Assembly (NCBI GenBank): GCA_943367555.1
Contig: CALRJN020000012.1
Span: forward strand, 12,335-76,334
Direction of reading: 5' to 3'
Source of the DNA: Synechococcus sp. UW140
Lineage (GTDB): Bacteria > Actinomycetota > Actinomycetes > Actinomycetales > Microbacteriaceae
DNA length: 64,000 bases
The notes under the pieces were generated by a model. The model was not told the origin of the DNA. It saw only the letters and a list, made by a program, of their open reading frames with translations, and made no database searches. A program made the translations under genes and the position numbers. Within the stretch, counting starts at the first letter, position 1. The number at the start of each line of letters is the position of its first letter. Positions 26,126-35,083 of the stretch are shown here, in pieces.

Positions 26126-26563
26126 TCAGTCATGGGTGCGGTGGATCAATCGCGAGAGCACGATCGCACTGCGGGTGTGGTCCACGTTGGGGGCGATGCG
26201 CACCTTCTCGAGCGCGATCTCGAGCGAGGCGATGTCCCGCGAGCGCATGTGCACGATCGCGTCGGCCGATCCCGTGACGGTGCCGGCATCCACAACCTCG
26301 GGAACGCCGGAGAGGATGCGCTTGAGCTCCTCGGGGGCGACCGTGCCCCGGCAGAAGAGCTCCACGTAGGCTTCGGTGGCCATCCCGTCGACGGCGGGGT
26401 CGACCTGGATCGTGAAGCCGCGGATGACGCCGTCGGCGACCAAGCGGTCGACGCGGCGCTTGACGGCGGAGGCGGAGAGTCCGATGACCTCGCCGATGTC
26501 GCCGTAGCCGGCACGGGCATTTTGGCGCAGGAGATCGATGATCCCGTAGTCAAGACTGTCCAT
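26126..26563 (-). CDS. Lrp/AsnC family transcriptional regulator
   Basis: MDSLDYGIIDLLRQNARAGYGDIGEVIGLSASAVKRRVDRLVADGVIRGF plus a RAM-domain C-terminus. Confidence 0.9.
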   Translation of the reverse strand: MDSLDYGIIDLLRQNARAGYGDIGEVIGLSASAVKRRVDRLVADGVIRGFTIQVDPAVDGMATEAYVELFCRGTVAPEELKRILSGVPEVVDAGTVTGSADAIVHMRSRDIASLEIALEKVRIAPNVDHTRSAIVLSRLIHRTHD

Positions 26564-26666
26564 CGGAGCATTCTATGGCGGAAACGTGTGTCAGGCCACC
26601 CTCAAACGCACGTTCCGTGCGCCTCACGCTCTGACAGTGCGGATCGGTGCGTGTGAGACTGGACTG

Positions 26667-27503
26667 ATGACCCTGACCGACGCCGCCCCGACCCAGCCGG
26701 GCCGCACCGCCCGTCACCGCTCGGTGCTGATGTGCCGCCCCGAGCACTTCACCGTGGTCTACCGGATCAATCCGTGGATGGACCCGCAGCTGCCGACCGA
26801 CACCGCCCTCGCCGTGCGCCAGTGGGAGGTGCTCCACCAGACCTACCTCGACCTCGGTTTCGACGTGCAGCTCATCGACCCCGTGGTCGGGTTGCCCGAC
26901 ATGGTCTATGCGGCGAACGGCGGGTTCGTCCTCGACAACATCGCCTACGGCGCGAGCTTCACCTACGCGGAGCGCCAGCCGGAGGGGCCGGCCTACATGG
27001 ACTGGTTCCGGGCCAACGGCTTCGACGTGCGGGTTCCCGCCGAGATCAACGAGGGCGAGGGCGACTTCCTTCTCGTCGGCGACGTCATCCTCGCCGGCAC
27101 GGGGTTCCGCAGCGCGTCGAACAGCCACGAGGAGGTCGCGACGATCTTCGGTCGCGACGTGGTGACCCTCACGCTGATCAACCCGAGCTTCTACCACCTC
27201 GACACCGCGATCGCGGTGCTCGACGACGAGAACATCGCCTACCTGCCGAGCGCGTTCGACGACGCCTCCCTCGCGGTGCTGCGCGAGCGCTTCCCGGATG
27301 CCGTGATCGTCACCGAGGAGGATGCCGCGGTGCTCGGCCTCAATTCGTTCAGCGACGGCTACAACGTGGTGATCGCCTCCCGCGCGAAGGACTTCGAGCG
27401 TCAGCTGCGCGAGCGCGGCTACAACCCGATCGGCGTCGACCTCTCCGAGCTGCTGCTCGGCGGCGGCGGCGTCAAGTGCTGCACGCTGGAGCTGCGCCGA
27501 TGA
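26667..27503 (+). CDS. amidinotransferase / dimethylarginine dimethylaminohydrolase-family (guanidino-group modifying) enzyme
   Basis: ATG 26667. RSVLMCRPEHFTV.YRINPWMD...YAANGGFV...FYHLDTAI...C-terminal GGGGVKCCTLEL, with the catalytic Cys near the C-terminus. Confidence 0.75.
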   Translation: MTLTDAAPTQPGRTARHRSVLMCRPEHFTVVYRINPWMDPQLPTDTALAVRQWEVLHQTYLDLGFDVQLIDPVVGLPDMVYAANGGFVLDNIAYGASFTYAERQPEGPAYMDWFRANGFDVRVPAEINEGEGDFLLVGDVILAGTGFRSASNSHEEVATIFGRDVVTLTLINPSFYHLDTAIAVLDDENIAYLPSAFDDASLAVLRERFPDAVIVTEEDAAVLGLNSFSDGYNVVIASRAKDFERQLRERGYNPIGVDLSELLLGGGGVKCCTLELRR

Positions 27504-28792
27504 GCGAGGGGACGGCTGGCGGCCCGATCGCGGGCTCCCGCCCAAAGATGCCCGCCGAACCCCGGAGCCCGCAATCGGGCCGCCAGCCTGGGAACTGGAT
27601 AAAGCAGGAAGACGCCTATCTGACTCACAACTACCACCCGCTGCCCGTCGTCGTCGCGTCCGGGGAGGGGGCCTGGGTGACGGATGTCACGGGTCGCCGC
27701 TACCTCGACTGCCTCGCCGCGTATTCCGCGGTGAACTTCGGCCACGGGCATCCGGCCCTCATCGCCGCGGCGAAGGAGCAGCTCGACCGCATCACGCTCA
27801 CGAGCCGCGCGTTCCACAACGACCAGCTCGGGCCGTTCGCCGCCGCGCTCGCGGCGCTCGCGCACAAGGACATGGTGCTGCCGATGAACACGGGCGCCGA
27901 AGCCGTCGAGTCCGGCGTGAAGGTCGCCCGCGCGTGGGGCTACCGGGTGAAAGGCGTGCCGCAGGGCAAGGCCAGAATCATCGTCGCCGATGGCAACTTC
28001 CACGGTCGCACGACCACGATCATCAGTTTCTCCAACGACGAGCAGGCGCGCGCCGACTTCGGCCCGTTCACCCCCGGCTTCGTGAGCGTGCCATATGGGG
28101 ATGCCGCGGCGCTCGAGGCCGCGATCGACGAGAACACCGTGGCCGTGCTCATCGAGCCGATCCAGGGCGAGGCCGGGATCATCGTGCCGCCCGCCGACTA
28201 CCTCCCCGCCGTACGCGAGATCACGACTCGCCGCAATGTGCTCTTCATCGCCGACGAGATCCAGTCGGGGCTCGGTCGCACGGGCACGACCTTCGCGTGC
28301 GACCTCGCAGGAGTCGTGCCCGACCTGTACCTTCTCGGCAAGGCGCTCGGCGGCGGCATCGTGCCGGTGAGCGCCGTCGTCGGCAACCGCGACATCCTCG
28401 GGGTGCTCCGCCCCGGTGAGCACGGCTCCACCTTCGGTGGCAACCCGCTCGCCGCCGCCGTCGGTCACGCGGTCGTCGACCTGCTCGCGACCGGGACGCT
28501 GCAGGAGCGCGCTGGCATCCTCGGCGAACGCCTCCAAGCTCGACTGCGCACCCTGATCGGGCGCGGCGTCGTCGCGGTCCGCGGCGCCGGGCTGTGGGTC
28601 GGCATCGACATCGACCCCGCGGTCGGCACGGGCCGGGAGGTCTGCGAGAAGCTCATGGAGCGCGGGGTGCTCGCCAAGGACACCCACGGGTCCACGATCC
28701 GGCTCGCGCCGCCGATCGTCGTCGAAGCCGAGGAGCTCGACTGGGCCGTCGACCAGCTCGAGGCTGTGCTCGAGGAGCTGCGCGCAGGCTAG
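27500..28792 (+). CDS. rocD: ornithine--oxo-acid aminotransferase
   Basis: ATG 27500 overlaps the upstream TGA (ATGA). NYHPLPVVVASGEGAWVTDV.GRRYLDCLAAYSAVNFGH.HP, IADEIQSGLGRTG, LGKALGGG. A later Met (MPAEP) is also a possible start. Confidence 0.9.
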   Translation: MSEGTAGGPIAGSRPKMPAEPRSPQSGRQPGNWIKQEDAYLTHNYHPLPVVVASGEGAWVTDVTGRRYLDCLAAYSAVNFGHGHPALIAAAKEQLDRITLTSRAFHNDQLGPFAAALAALAHKDMVLPMNTGAEAVESGVKVARAWGYRVKGVPQGKARIIVADGNFHGRTTTIISFSNDEQARADFGPFTPGFVSVPYGDAAALEAAIDENTVAVLIEPIQGEAGIIVPPADYLPAVREITTRRNVLFIADEIQSGLGRTGTTFACDLAGVVPDLYLLGKALGGGIVPVSAVVGNRDILGVLRPGEHGSTFGGNPLAAAVGHAVVDLLATGTLQERAGILGERLQARLRTLIGRGVVAVRGAGLWVGIDIDPAVGTGREVCEKLMERGVLAKDTHGSTIRLAPPIVVEAEELDWAVDQLEAVLEELRAG

Positions 28793-29040
28793 TCGCGGTC
28801 GGCGCCGAAGATGTGGCGGGTCAGCGCCTGAACGTCCCGGTCGAGATGCTCGAGCTTCATGTCGACGATCTCGAACTTGGCGTCGATCTTCGCCTCGAGC
28901 CGTCGGACCGACGTGTCGATCGTGCGGTTGAGCAGAAGCGTCTGCCACGTCATCATGCCAAGGACGGCCGAGGCGAACACGCCGATGAGCACCCAGACTT
29001 GGGGTTCGGTCAATTGGGGCACCTCACTATTCTCCGGCAC
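28789..29040 (-). CDS. hypothetical small membrane-anchored coiled-coil protein
   Basis: 83 aa with one TM (VWVLIGVFASAVLGMMTW), then a charged helical tail. No family recognised. Stop overlaps the rocD stop by 4 nt. Confidence 0.35.
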   Translation of the reverse strand: MPENSEVPQLTEPQVWVLIGVFASAVLGMMTWQTLLLNRTIDTSVRRLEAKIDAKFEIVDMKLEHLDRDVQALTRHIFGADRD

Positions 29041-29096
29041 GACGTGATGCGAGGCTAGTCCGCAAGGAGTGCCCCGAACCGCCGTGTGGACAACCG

Positions 29097-29999
29097 CTAC
29101 CCCAGCCCGGCGGGCTCCTGGTGGTCGTCGTCGTCACTGATCGCGCCGGTCACCGGCTTGCGGGACAGGCCGACCGATCCGGCATTCGGGTTGTGCGAGG
29201 TCGCCGCGGCGACCGCAGGACGATCGTCGGCCTTCGTGTAGGCGTGGCGCAGGTGCACCGGCTCGATCTTGCCGTCGCGCTTCTCGACCCGGCGCTTGTA
29301 GGCGAGGTTGAGCGCCTCGACGACGATCGCGAAGGCCATCGGCACGTAGATCAGGGCCTTGTCGATCTTCACGTCGAACCCGTCGGCGATGAGCACGACC
29401 CCGATGAGCACGAGGAAGGCGAGCGCGAGCATCTTCACCGTGGGGTGCTTGTTGACGAAGGCGAAGATGTACTTCGACGAGAAGAGCATGATCGTGAACG
29501 AGAGCACGACCGCGACGATGATCACGAGCAGGTTGTCGACCATGCCCACGGCGGTGATCACGGAGTCGAACGAGAAGACGATGTCGATGAGCAGGATCTG
29601 CACGATCACGGCACCGAAGGTCACCGCCCCGCGGCCCCCGCCGGTGCCGTGGGATTCGGCCCCCTCGAGCTTCTCGTGGATCTCGCGCACGGCCTTGTAG
29701 ATGAGGAACCCGCCACCGAGGATGAGGATGAGGTCGCGCCCGGAGAACCCGAACCCGGCGATGACGAACAGGTCTTCCTTGAGCGAGATGATCCAGCTCG
29801 CGGCGAAGAGCAGCACGATCCGGATGAGCATCGCCAGGGTCAGGCCGAGGTTGCGGGCCTTCGCCTGCTGCTCGACCGGGAGCTTGCTGGCCAGGATCGA
29901 GATGAAGATGACGTTGTCCACCCCGAGCACGATCTCGAGAACGAACAGGGTGAGGAAGGCCACGATCAGTTCGGGCGTGATCTCGAGCGCGAAGTTCAT
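29097..29999 (-). CDS. TerC family integral membrane protein
   Basis: Start cat 29997..29999 inside track ORF 29097..31280. LEIVLGVDNVIFISILA and IDIVFSFDSVITAVG duplicated TerC motifs. Confidence 0.85.
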   Translation of the reverse strand: MNFALEITPELIVAFLTLFVLEIVLGVDNVIFISILASKLPVEQQAKARNLGLTLAMLIRIVLLFAASWIISLKEDLFVIAGFGFSGRDLILILGGGFLIYKAVREIHEKLEGAESHGTGGGRGAVTFGAVIVQILLIDIVFSFDSVITAVGMVDNLLVIIVAVVLSFTIMLFSSKYIFAFVNKHPTVKMLALAFLVLIGVVLIADGFDVKIDKALIYVPMAFAIVVEALNLAYKRRVEKRDGKIEPVHLRHAYTKADDRPAVAAATSHNPNAGSVGLSRKPVTGAISDDDDHQEPAGLG

Positions 30000-30056
30000 G
30001 GGCACAGAATATGGGGTGGACGCCGAGAAACCACCACGAGCCGGGAGAATCGAGCC

Positions 30057-31262
30057 ATGATGTTCTCCCCCTCCGCCGAGCTCGACGCGGCCGACCCGCT
30101 TGCCGCCCGCCGCAACCTGTTCGTGGAGGCGCCCGGGCTCGTCGCCTACCTCGACGGAAACTCGCTCGGCCGACCGCTCGCCGCATCCCTCGATCGCACC
30201 GCCGCCTTCCTGCGTGAGCAGTGGGCGGGCCGCTTGATCCGCGGGTGGGACGAGGGCTGGATGGACCTGCCGCTCACCATCGGCGATGAGCTCGGACGGG
30301 TCGCCCTGGGTGCGGCAGCGGGTCAGGTCGCGATCGGCGACTCGACGACGGTGCTGCTCTACAAGCTGATCCGGGCGGCAGTGGATGCCCGTCCCGGTCG
30401 CACCGAGATCGTCATCGATCGCGACAACTTCCCCACCGACCGCTACCTCGTCGAGGGCATCGCGGCCGACCGCGGACTCACCGTGCAGTGGATCGAGACC
30501 GACCCCGCCGCCGGCGTCACGCCCGAGCTCGTTGCGGCGGCGGTCGGACCGCAGACGGCGCTCACCCTGTTCAGCGCGGTCGCCTACCGCTCGGCGTGGT
30601 TCGCCGACGTCGAGGCGATCACCGCGATCGTGCATGAGGCCGGCGGGCTCACGCTGTGGGACCTCTCGCACTCGGTGGGCTCGGTGCCGACGCCGCTCGA
30701 CGCGTGGGGCGTCGACCTCGCCACCGGCTGCGGCTACAAGTACCTGAACGGCGGGCCGGGCGCTCCCGCGTTCCTCTACGTGCGGCGCGAGCTGCAGTCC
30801 ACGCTGCGGCAGCCGATCCAGGGCTGGCTGGGCTCGGCGACCCCGTTCGAGATGGGGCAGGGCTATGAGCCTGCGGCGGGCATCCGGGGCTGGCTCAGCG
30901 GCACGCCGCCGGTGGTGGCGATGCAGCCCATGCGCGACATGATCGCCCTGATCGACTCCGTGGGGCTGGATGCCGTGCGCGCCAAGTCGGTCGCGCTCAC
31001 CGAGCATGCGATCGCGCTCGTCGATGAGCTGCTGCCCGAGGCGACCCTCTCGAGCCCGCGGGATGCCGCCCGCCGCGGGGGCCACATCACGATCGACCAC
31101 CCGCGGTTCGCCGAGCTCATCCCGCGGCTGTGGGCCGGGGGCGTCATCCCGGACTTCCGTCGCCCGGACGGGATCCGTCTGGGACTCTCGCCCCTGTCGA
31201 CGAGCTTCGCCGAGGTGGAGGCGGGCATCCGGGCGATCCGGGCGGAGTTGGTACCGCACTAG
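30057..31262 (+). CDS. kynU: kynureninase
   Basis: ATG 30057 inside track ORF 29121..31262. YLDGNSLGRP, DLSHSVG, ATGCGYKYLNGGPGAPAF (PLP-Lys region), DFRRPDGIRLG. Confidence 0.85.
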   Translation: MMFSPSAELDAADPLAARRNLFVEAPGLVAYLDGNSLGRPLAASLDRTAAFLREQWAGRLIRGWDEGWMDLPLTIGDELGRVALGAAAGQVAIGDSTTVLLYKLIRAAVDARPGRTEIVIDRDNFPTDRYLVEGIAADRGLTVQWIETDPAAGVTPELVAAAVGPQTALTLFSAVAYRSAWFADVEAITAIVHEAGGLTLWDLSHSVGSVPTPLDAWGVDLATGCGYKYLNGGPGAPAFLYVRRELQSTLRQPIQGWLGSATPFEMGQGYEPAAGIRGWLSGTPPVVAMQPMRDMIALIDSVGLDAVRAKSVALTEHAIALVDELLPEATLSSPRDAARRGGHITIDHPRFAELIPRLWAGGVIPDFRRPDGIRLGLSPLSTSFAEVEAGIRAIRAELVPH

Positions 31263-31286
31263 TACCACTCTTGGTACCATCGCACC

Positions 31287-31568
31287 ATGGCCATGAATCT
31301 CAGATTGCCCCCCGAAACGGCGGAGGCGCTGAAAGAGCGGTCGAGCAGCACGGGGCGTTCGCAGCAGGAACTCATCCGTGAAGCCGTGGAAACCTACCTC
31401 GGGTTGAGGGAGAGTGACGTGCGGCGGTTCACGGGCACGACCCAGGACCTCATCGCTCGCGGGCTTCTGCGGCCGCCGGATTCTCCGTATCGGGAGGCGA
31501 CGACGATGATCACCCTTCCCGACGGAGTAACGTCACTCGATCTTCTGCAGCGCGAAGACCGTTTCTAG
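31287..31568 (+). CDS. vapB: ribbon-helix-helix antitoxin (VapB-type)
   Basis: MAMNLRLPPETAEALKERSSSTGRSQQELIREAVETYL is an RHH fold. Stop overlaps the start of the PIN gene by 1 nt. Confidence 0.6.
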   Translation: MAMNLRLPPETAEALKERSSSTGRSQQELIREAVETYLGLRESDVRRFTGTTQDLIARGLLRPPDSPYREATTMITLPDGVTSLDLLQREDRF

Positions 31569-31984
31569 TGCGGGCCTACGTCGACAGCAGCGCACTCGTC
31601 AAGCGGGTCATCCGTGAGACTGAGTCGGCATCCCTGGTCGCGGCACTTCGAGATCTGAAGCAGCGAGGTTTCTCGATCCAGACGTCGGTACTCGGGGTCA
31701 TCGAGGTATCCCGAGGGATTCGTGCCCGCCTGGACCTCGATCCGCCCACCGAAGTCGTCGACTCCGTGGAGCTCGCGCTGGCCGGGATCGAGCAGGTCGA
31801 GATCTCCGAGCCGGTCGTGACGCTCGCCCGCCGCCTCTTCCCGATCTCGCTGCGCAGCCTGGATGCGATTCACCTGGCGTCGGCGCTCCTGGTCAACGCG
31901 AACGTCGTCGTCGCCTACGACCGACGTCTGCTCACCGCGGCATCCGAGCTCGGTTTTCGCACCCTCAGCCCGGGGATGGACTGA
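31568..31984 (+). CDS. vapC: PIN-domain ribonuclease toxin (VapC)
   Basis: GTG start. YVDSSALV (Asp5), IEVSRG (Glu), SLDAIHLASA (Asp), VVAYDRRL (Asp): a complete acidic quartet. Confidence 0.75.
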   Translation: MRAYVDSSALVKRVIRETESASLVAALRDLKQRGFSIQTSVLGVIEVSRGIRARLDLDPPTEVVDSVELALAGIEQVEISEPVVTLARRLFPISLRSLDAIHLASALLVNANVVVAYDRRLLTAASELGFRTLSPGMD

Positions 31985-31991
31985 CCGGGAG

Positions 31992-32028
31992 GCTCCCGCG
32001 GAGATCCACCACAGTTCTCCGCGGGAGC
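31992..32028. terminator. bidirectional terminator hairpin between convergent vapC and lldD
   Basis: 13-bp perfect stem gctcccgcggaga / tctccgcgggagc with an 11-nt loop, between the stops at 31984 and 32034. Confidence 0.6.
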
Positions 32029-32033
32029 AGTCT

Positions 32034-33308
32034 CTACTTCCGGCGAGCCGCGGGCGTGCTCAGCGCCGGCGTGCTCAAGGCGCGCGGGGCCAGCCGCTGC
32101 AGCTGCGTCACGTGGCGCGGGGTGAGCTCCGCGATCGAGGCGACCTCGAGCAGCTTCATCGTGCGCACGACCTGGTCGGAGAGGATCGCGATCGTGCGGT
32201 CGACGCCGGCGCGGCCGCCGGCCATGAGGCCGTACAGGTAGGCGCGCCCGATCAGCGTGAACTTCGCGCCGAGCGCGATCGACGCGACGATGTCGGCGCC
32301 GTTCATGATGCCGGTGTCGACGACGACCTCGGTGTCCTTGCCGACCTCGCGCACCACCTCCGGAAGGAGGTGGAACGGGATGGGCGCGCGGTCGAGCTGA
32401 CGTCCGCCGTGGTTGGAGAGCACGATGCCGTCGATGCCGAGGTCGGCGAGGGTCTTCGAATCGTCGACGTTCTGCACGCCCTTGACGACGAGCTTGCCCG
32501 GCCACATGTCGCGGATGATGCGCAGATCCTCGAAGCTGATCGAGGGGTCCATCGCGTTGTCGATGAGCTCGCCCACCGTGCCGCCGGTCGACGAGAGCGA
32601 CGCGAACTCCAGCGGCGGCGTGGTCAGGAAGTCCCACCACCACCACGGCCGGGGGATCGCGTTGACGATCGTGCCCATCGTGAGGGCCGGGGGGATGGAG
32701 AACCCGTTGCGCTTGTCCCTGAGCCGAGCCCCGGCCACGGGGGTGTCGACCGTGAACATCAGGGTGTCGAAGCCGGCGGCGGCCGCGCGCTCGACAAGGC
32801 CGTAGGAGATCTCCCGCTGACGCATCACGTAGAGCTGGAACCAGTTGCGTCCCGTGGGGTTCTCCGCCTTGACGGCCTCGATCGAGGTGGTTCCCAGCGT
32901 CGACAGGGTGAAGGGGATGCCGGCCGCCCCCGCCGCGCCTGCGCCGGCGATCTCGCCCTCAGTCTGCATGAGCCGGGTGAAGCCCGTGGGAGCGATGCCG
33001 AACGGCATGGCCGAGGTGCCGCCGAAGATCGTCGTCGTCGTGTCGACCGTGGAGACGTCGCGCAGGATCGACGGGTGGAACTCGACGTCCTCGAAGGCCT
33101 GGCGAGCGCGCGACATCGAGAGCTCGCCCTCGGCGGCGCCGTCGGTGTAGTCGAACGCGGCCTTGGGGGTGCGTCGCTTGGCGATGTCGCGCAGGTCGTA
33201 GATCGTCAGCGCGGACTGGAGCCGGCGCTTCTTGGCGTTGAAGGTGGGCTTCTTGAACTTCATCAGTTCGAGGAGCGCCTTCGGGTTGGGAACGCTGCGC
33301 TTAACCAT
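32034..33308 (-). CDS. lldD: FMN-dependent alpha-hydroxy-acid (L-lactate) dehydrogenase
   Basis: Start cat 33306..33308 (MVKRSVPN...), overlapping the GntR stop by 8 nt. [41 protein letters not shown] motifs. Confidence 0.85.
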   Translation of the reverse strand: MVKRSVPNPKALLELMKFKKPTFNAKKRRLQSALTIYDLRDIAKRRTPKAAFDYTDGAAEGELSMSRARQAFEDVEFHPSILRDVSTVDTTTTIFGGTSAMPFGIAPTGFTRLMQTEGEIAGAGAAGAAGIPFTLSTLGTTSIEAVKAENPTGRNWFQLYVMRQREISYGLVERAAAAGFDTLMFTVDTPVAGARLRDKRNGFSIPPALTMGTIVNAIPRPWWWWDFLTTPPLEFASLSSTGGTVGELIDNAMDPSISFEDLRIIRDMWPGKLVVKGVQNVDDSKTLADLGIDGIVLSNHGGRQLDRAPIPFHLLPEVVREVGKDTEVVVDTGIMNGADIVASIALGAKFTLIGRAYLYGLMAGGRAGVDRTIAILSDQVVRTMKLLEVASIAELTPRHVTQLQRLAPRALSTPALSTPAARRK

Positions 33309-33942
33309 TCGGTGTCCTGTCGACGTGGGCGAGGAGGCGATCGCGCGCTCCGGTGATGTGGTCTCGGGTGAGGCGGGCGGCGGCATCCGGATCGCCCGCG
33401 GTGATCGCGTCGAGGATGCCCTGGTGCTGGTGCGCGACCTCGGTCGCGCTGAGCAGATGCGCGGCCTGCACCTGGCCGATGCAGAGCTCGATCTCGCCCA
33501 TGAGCAGCTCGTGCAGGCGAGTGAGGCGAGGGCTCGGCTGGCCGGCCACGAGGGCGCGGTGAAAGGCGATGTCGTGCCGGGCGAAGTCCTCGGTGGTGGC
33601 GAGGGCCCGGTGGGCGACGACGGCCGGCCCCGGCACCGTGCCGAGGCGGGCGAGGGTCGCCATCGCGGCGGACTCGATCACGGCCCGGTTGTCGAAGAGG
33701 TCGACGATGTCGTCGCGGCTGAGCTCGGGCACGCGCGCGGCGCGGTGGGCCTCGCGGCGCAGGAGTCCGGCATCCACGAGCTTGTCGATCGCGAGGCGGG
33801 CGGTCGGGCGTGAGGCGCCGAACCGCAGCGCAACGGCAGTCTCGGTGATCGCGGATCCGGGGGCGTCGGTCTGGTTCAGGATGCTCGCGCGCAGCGCCTC
33901 GGCGATCGCGTCGGGCAGCACCGGGGTCGGGTCGAGTGACAC
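33301..33942 (-). CDS. GntR family (FadR/FCD subfamily) transcriptional regulator
   Basis: [30 protein letters not shown] wHTH plus a helical FCD C-terminal domain. Promoter region carries two matching palindromes. Confidence 0.85.
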   Translation of the reverse strand: MSLDPTPVLPDAIAEALRASILNQTDAPGSAITETAVALRFGASRPTARLAIDKLVDAGLLRREAHRAARVPELSRDDIVDLFDNRAVIESAAMATLARLGTVPGPAVVAHRALATTEDFARHDIAFHRALVAGQPSPRLTRLHELLMGEIELCIGQVQAAHLLSATEVAHQHQGILDAITAGDPDAAARLTRDHITGARDRLLAHVDRTPNG

Positions 33943-33971
33943 GGTGGCTCCCTTCGCGCGGCGGTGTGCAG

Positions 33972-34004
33972 ATTGTCAGACAATGTAGCAGATTGTCCGA
34001 CAAT
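33972..34004. promoter_or_regulatory. two GntR-type operator palindromes ATTGTCnGACAAT, 20 bp centre to centre
   Basis: attgtcagacaat (33972..33984) and attgtccgacaat (33992..34004), each preceded by gcag. They fit the GntR core t.GT...AC.a. The first is 30 nt upstream of the regulator start. Confidence 0.65.
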
Positions 34005-34042
34005 CACGCGAGCCGGAGCCGCGTCGCGCCTCCCCGCCGACG

Positions 34043-34139
34043 TCCGAGTGCCCCCGCGCACGGATCCTCGCCGACGCGCCGCGCCCGTGGGTCCGCCACC
34101 TGCGCGTCTGGCGAGAATCTGTGCGCGGGGGCACTCGGA
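34043..34139. repeat. ~97-nt extended imperfect palindrome (long hairpin)
   Basis: Outer perfect 19-bp arms tccgagtgcccccgcgcac (34043..34061) / gtgcgcgggggcactcgga (34121..34139). Inner arms ctcgccgacgcg (34067..34078) / cgcgtctggcgag (34103..34115) with one bulge. Confidence 0.85.
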
Positions 34140-34240
34140 TCGAGTGGGTGCGCGGGGGCCGGGCGGGCGCGCCGGTCCGGGTGGCCGCGAGTGAGCAAGC
34201 TCGGGCGCGCCGCGGCCGCGTTGCGGGAGAGGATGGACCC

Positions 34241-35083
34241 ATGAAGATCGCGGTCACGGGAGCCACCGGCAAGCTGGGTCGAGCGACGGTCACGGGGCTC
34301 CGGGCCGCGGGCCATGAGGTGATCACCCTCGACCGGGTCGGCGACCGCGACTCCATCGTCAACGTCGATCTGACCAACTACGGCGACATCGCCGATGCCC
34401 TCGCCGGAATCGACGAGCACCATTCCGGGCTGGATGCCGTGGCCCACCTCGCCGCGATCCCCGCGCCTGGCCTGCTCAGCGATGCGGGCACGTTCCACAA
34501 CAACGTCATGGCGTCGTTCAACGTGTTCCAGGCCGCCCGGCGTGCGGGCATCAAGCGCATCGCCTTCGCCTCGAGCGAGACGGTGCTCGGTCTGCCGTTC
34601 GACACCCCGCCGCCCTACGTGCCGCTCGACGAGGAGTACGACACCCGTCCGGAGTCGATGTACTCGCTCGGCAAGCACCTCGAGGAGCAGCTCGCGCTCA
34701 AGCTCGCCCGCTGGGATCCCGAGCTGAGCATCACGGCGCTGCGCTTCTCGAACGTCATGGACCCGGAGGACTACGCCGCGTTCCCCTCGTTCGACGCCGA
34801 CGCGACCCTGCGCAAGTGGAACCTCTGGGGCTACATCGACGCGCGCGACGGCGCCGTGGCGATCCGGCTCGCGCTCGAGACCGCGCGCCCCGGCTACGAC
34901 GTGTTCAACATCTTCGCGGCCGACACCGTGATGAGTCGGCCGAACGCCGAGCTGCTCGCGGAGGTCTTCCCGGGCGTCGAGGTGCGCGGCGAGCTGGGCG
35001 TGAACGACTCCCTCACGAGCATCGCGAAGGCCGAGCGGCTGCTCGGCTGGCGCCCGCAGCACTCCTGGCGCGACGAGGTCTAG
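34241..35083 (+). CDS. NAD-dependent epimerase/dehydratase family oxidoreductase
   Basis: ATG 34241 after GGGAGAGGA. MKIAVTGATGKLGRATV Rossmann motif; YSLGK catalytic Tyr-x3-Lys. Confidence 0.75.
   Translation: MKIAVTGATGKLGRATVTGLRAAGHEVITLDRVGDRDSIVNVDLTNYGDIADALAGIDEHHSGLDAVAHLAAIPAPGLLSDAGTFHNNVMASFNVFQAARRAGIKRIAFASSETVLGLPFDTPPPYVPLDEEYDTRPESMYSLGKHLEEQLALKLARWDPELSITALRFSNVMDPEDYAAFPSFDADATLRKWNLWGYIDARDGAVAIRLALETARPGYDVFNIFAADTVMSRPNAELLAEVFPGVEVRGELGVNDSLTSIAKAERLLGWRPQHSWRDEV

Noticed and set aside
30000-30056. yybP-ykoY (Mn) riboswitch upstream of the TerC gene
   Set aside because: Only 57 nt separate the TerC start from the divergent kynureninase start, which is too short for the ~100-nt four-way-junction riboswitch.
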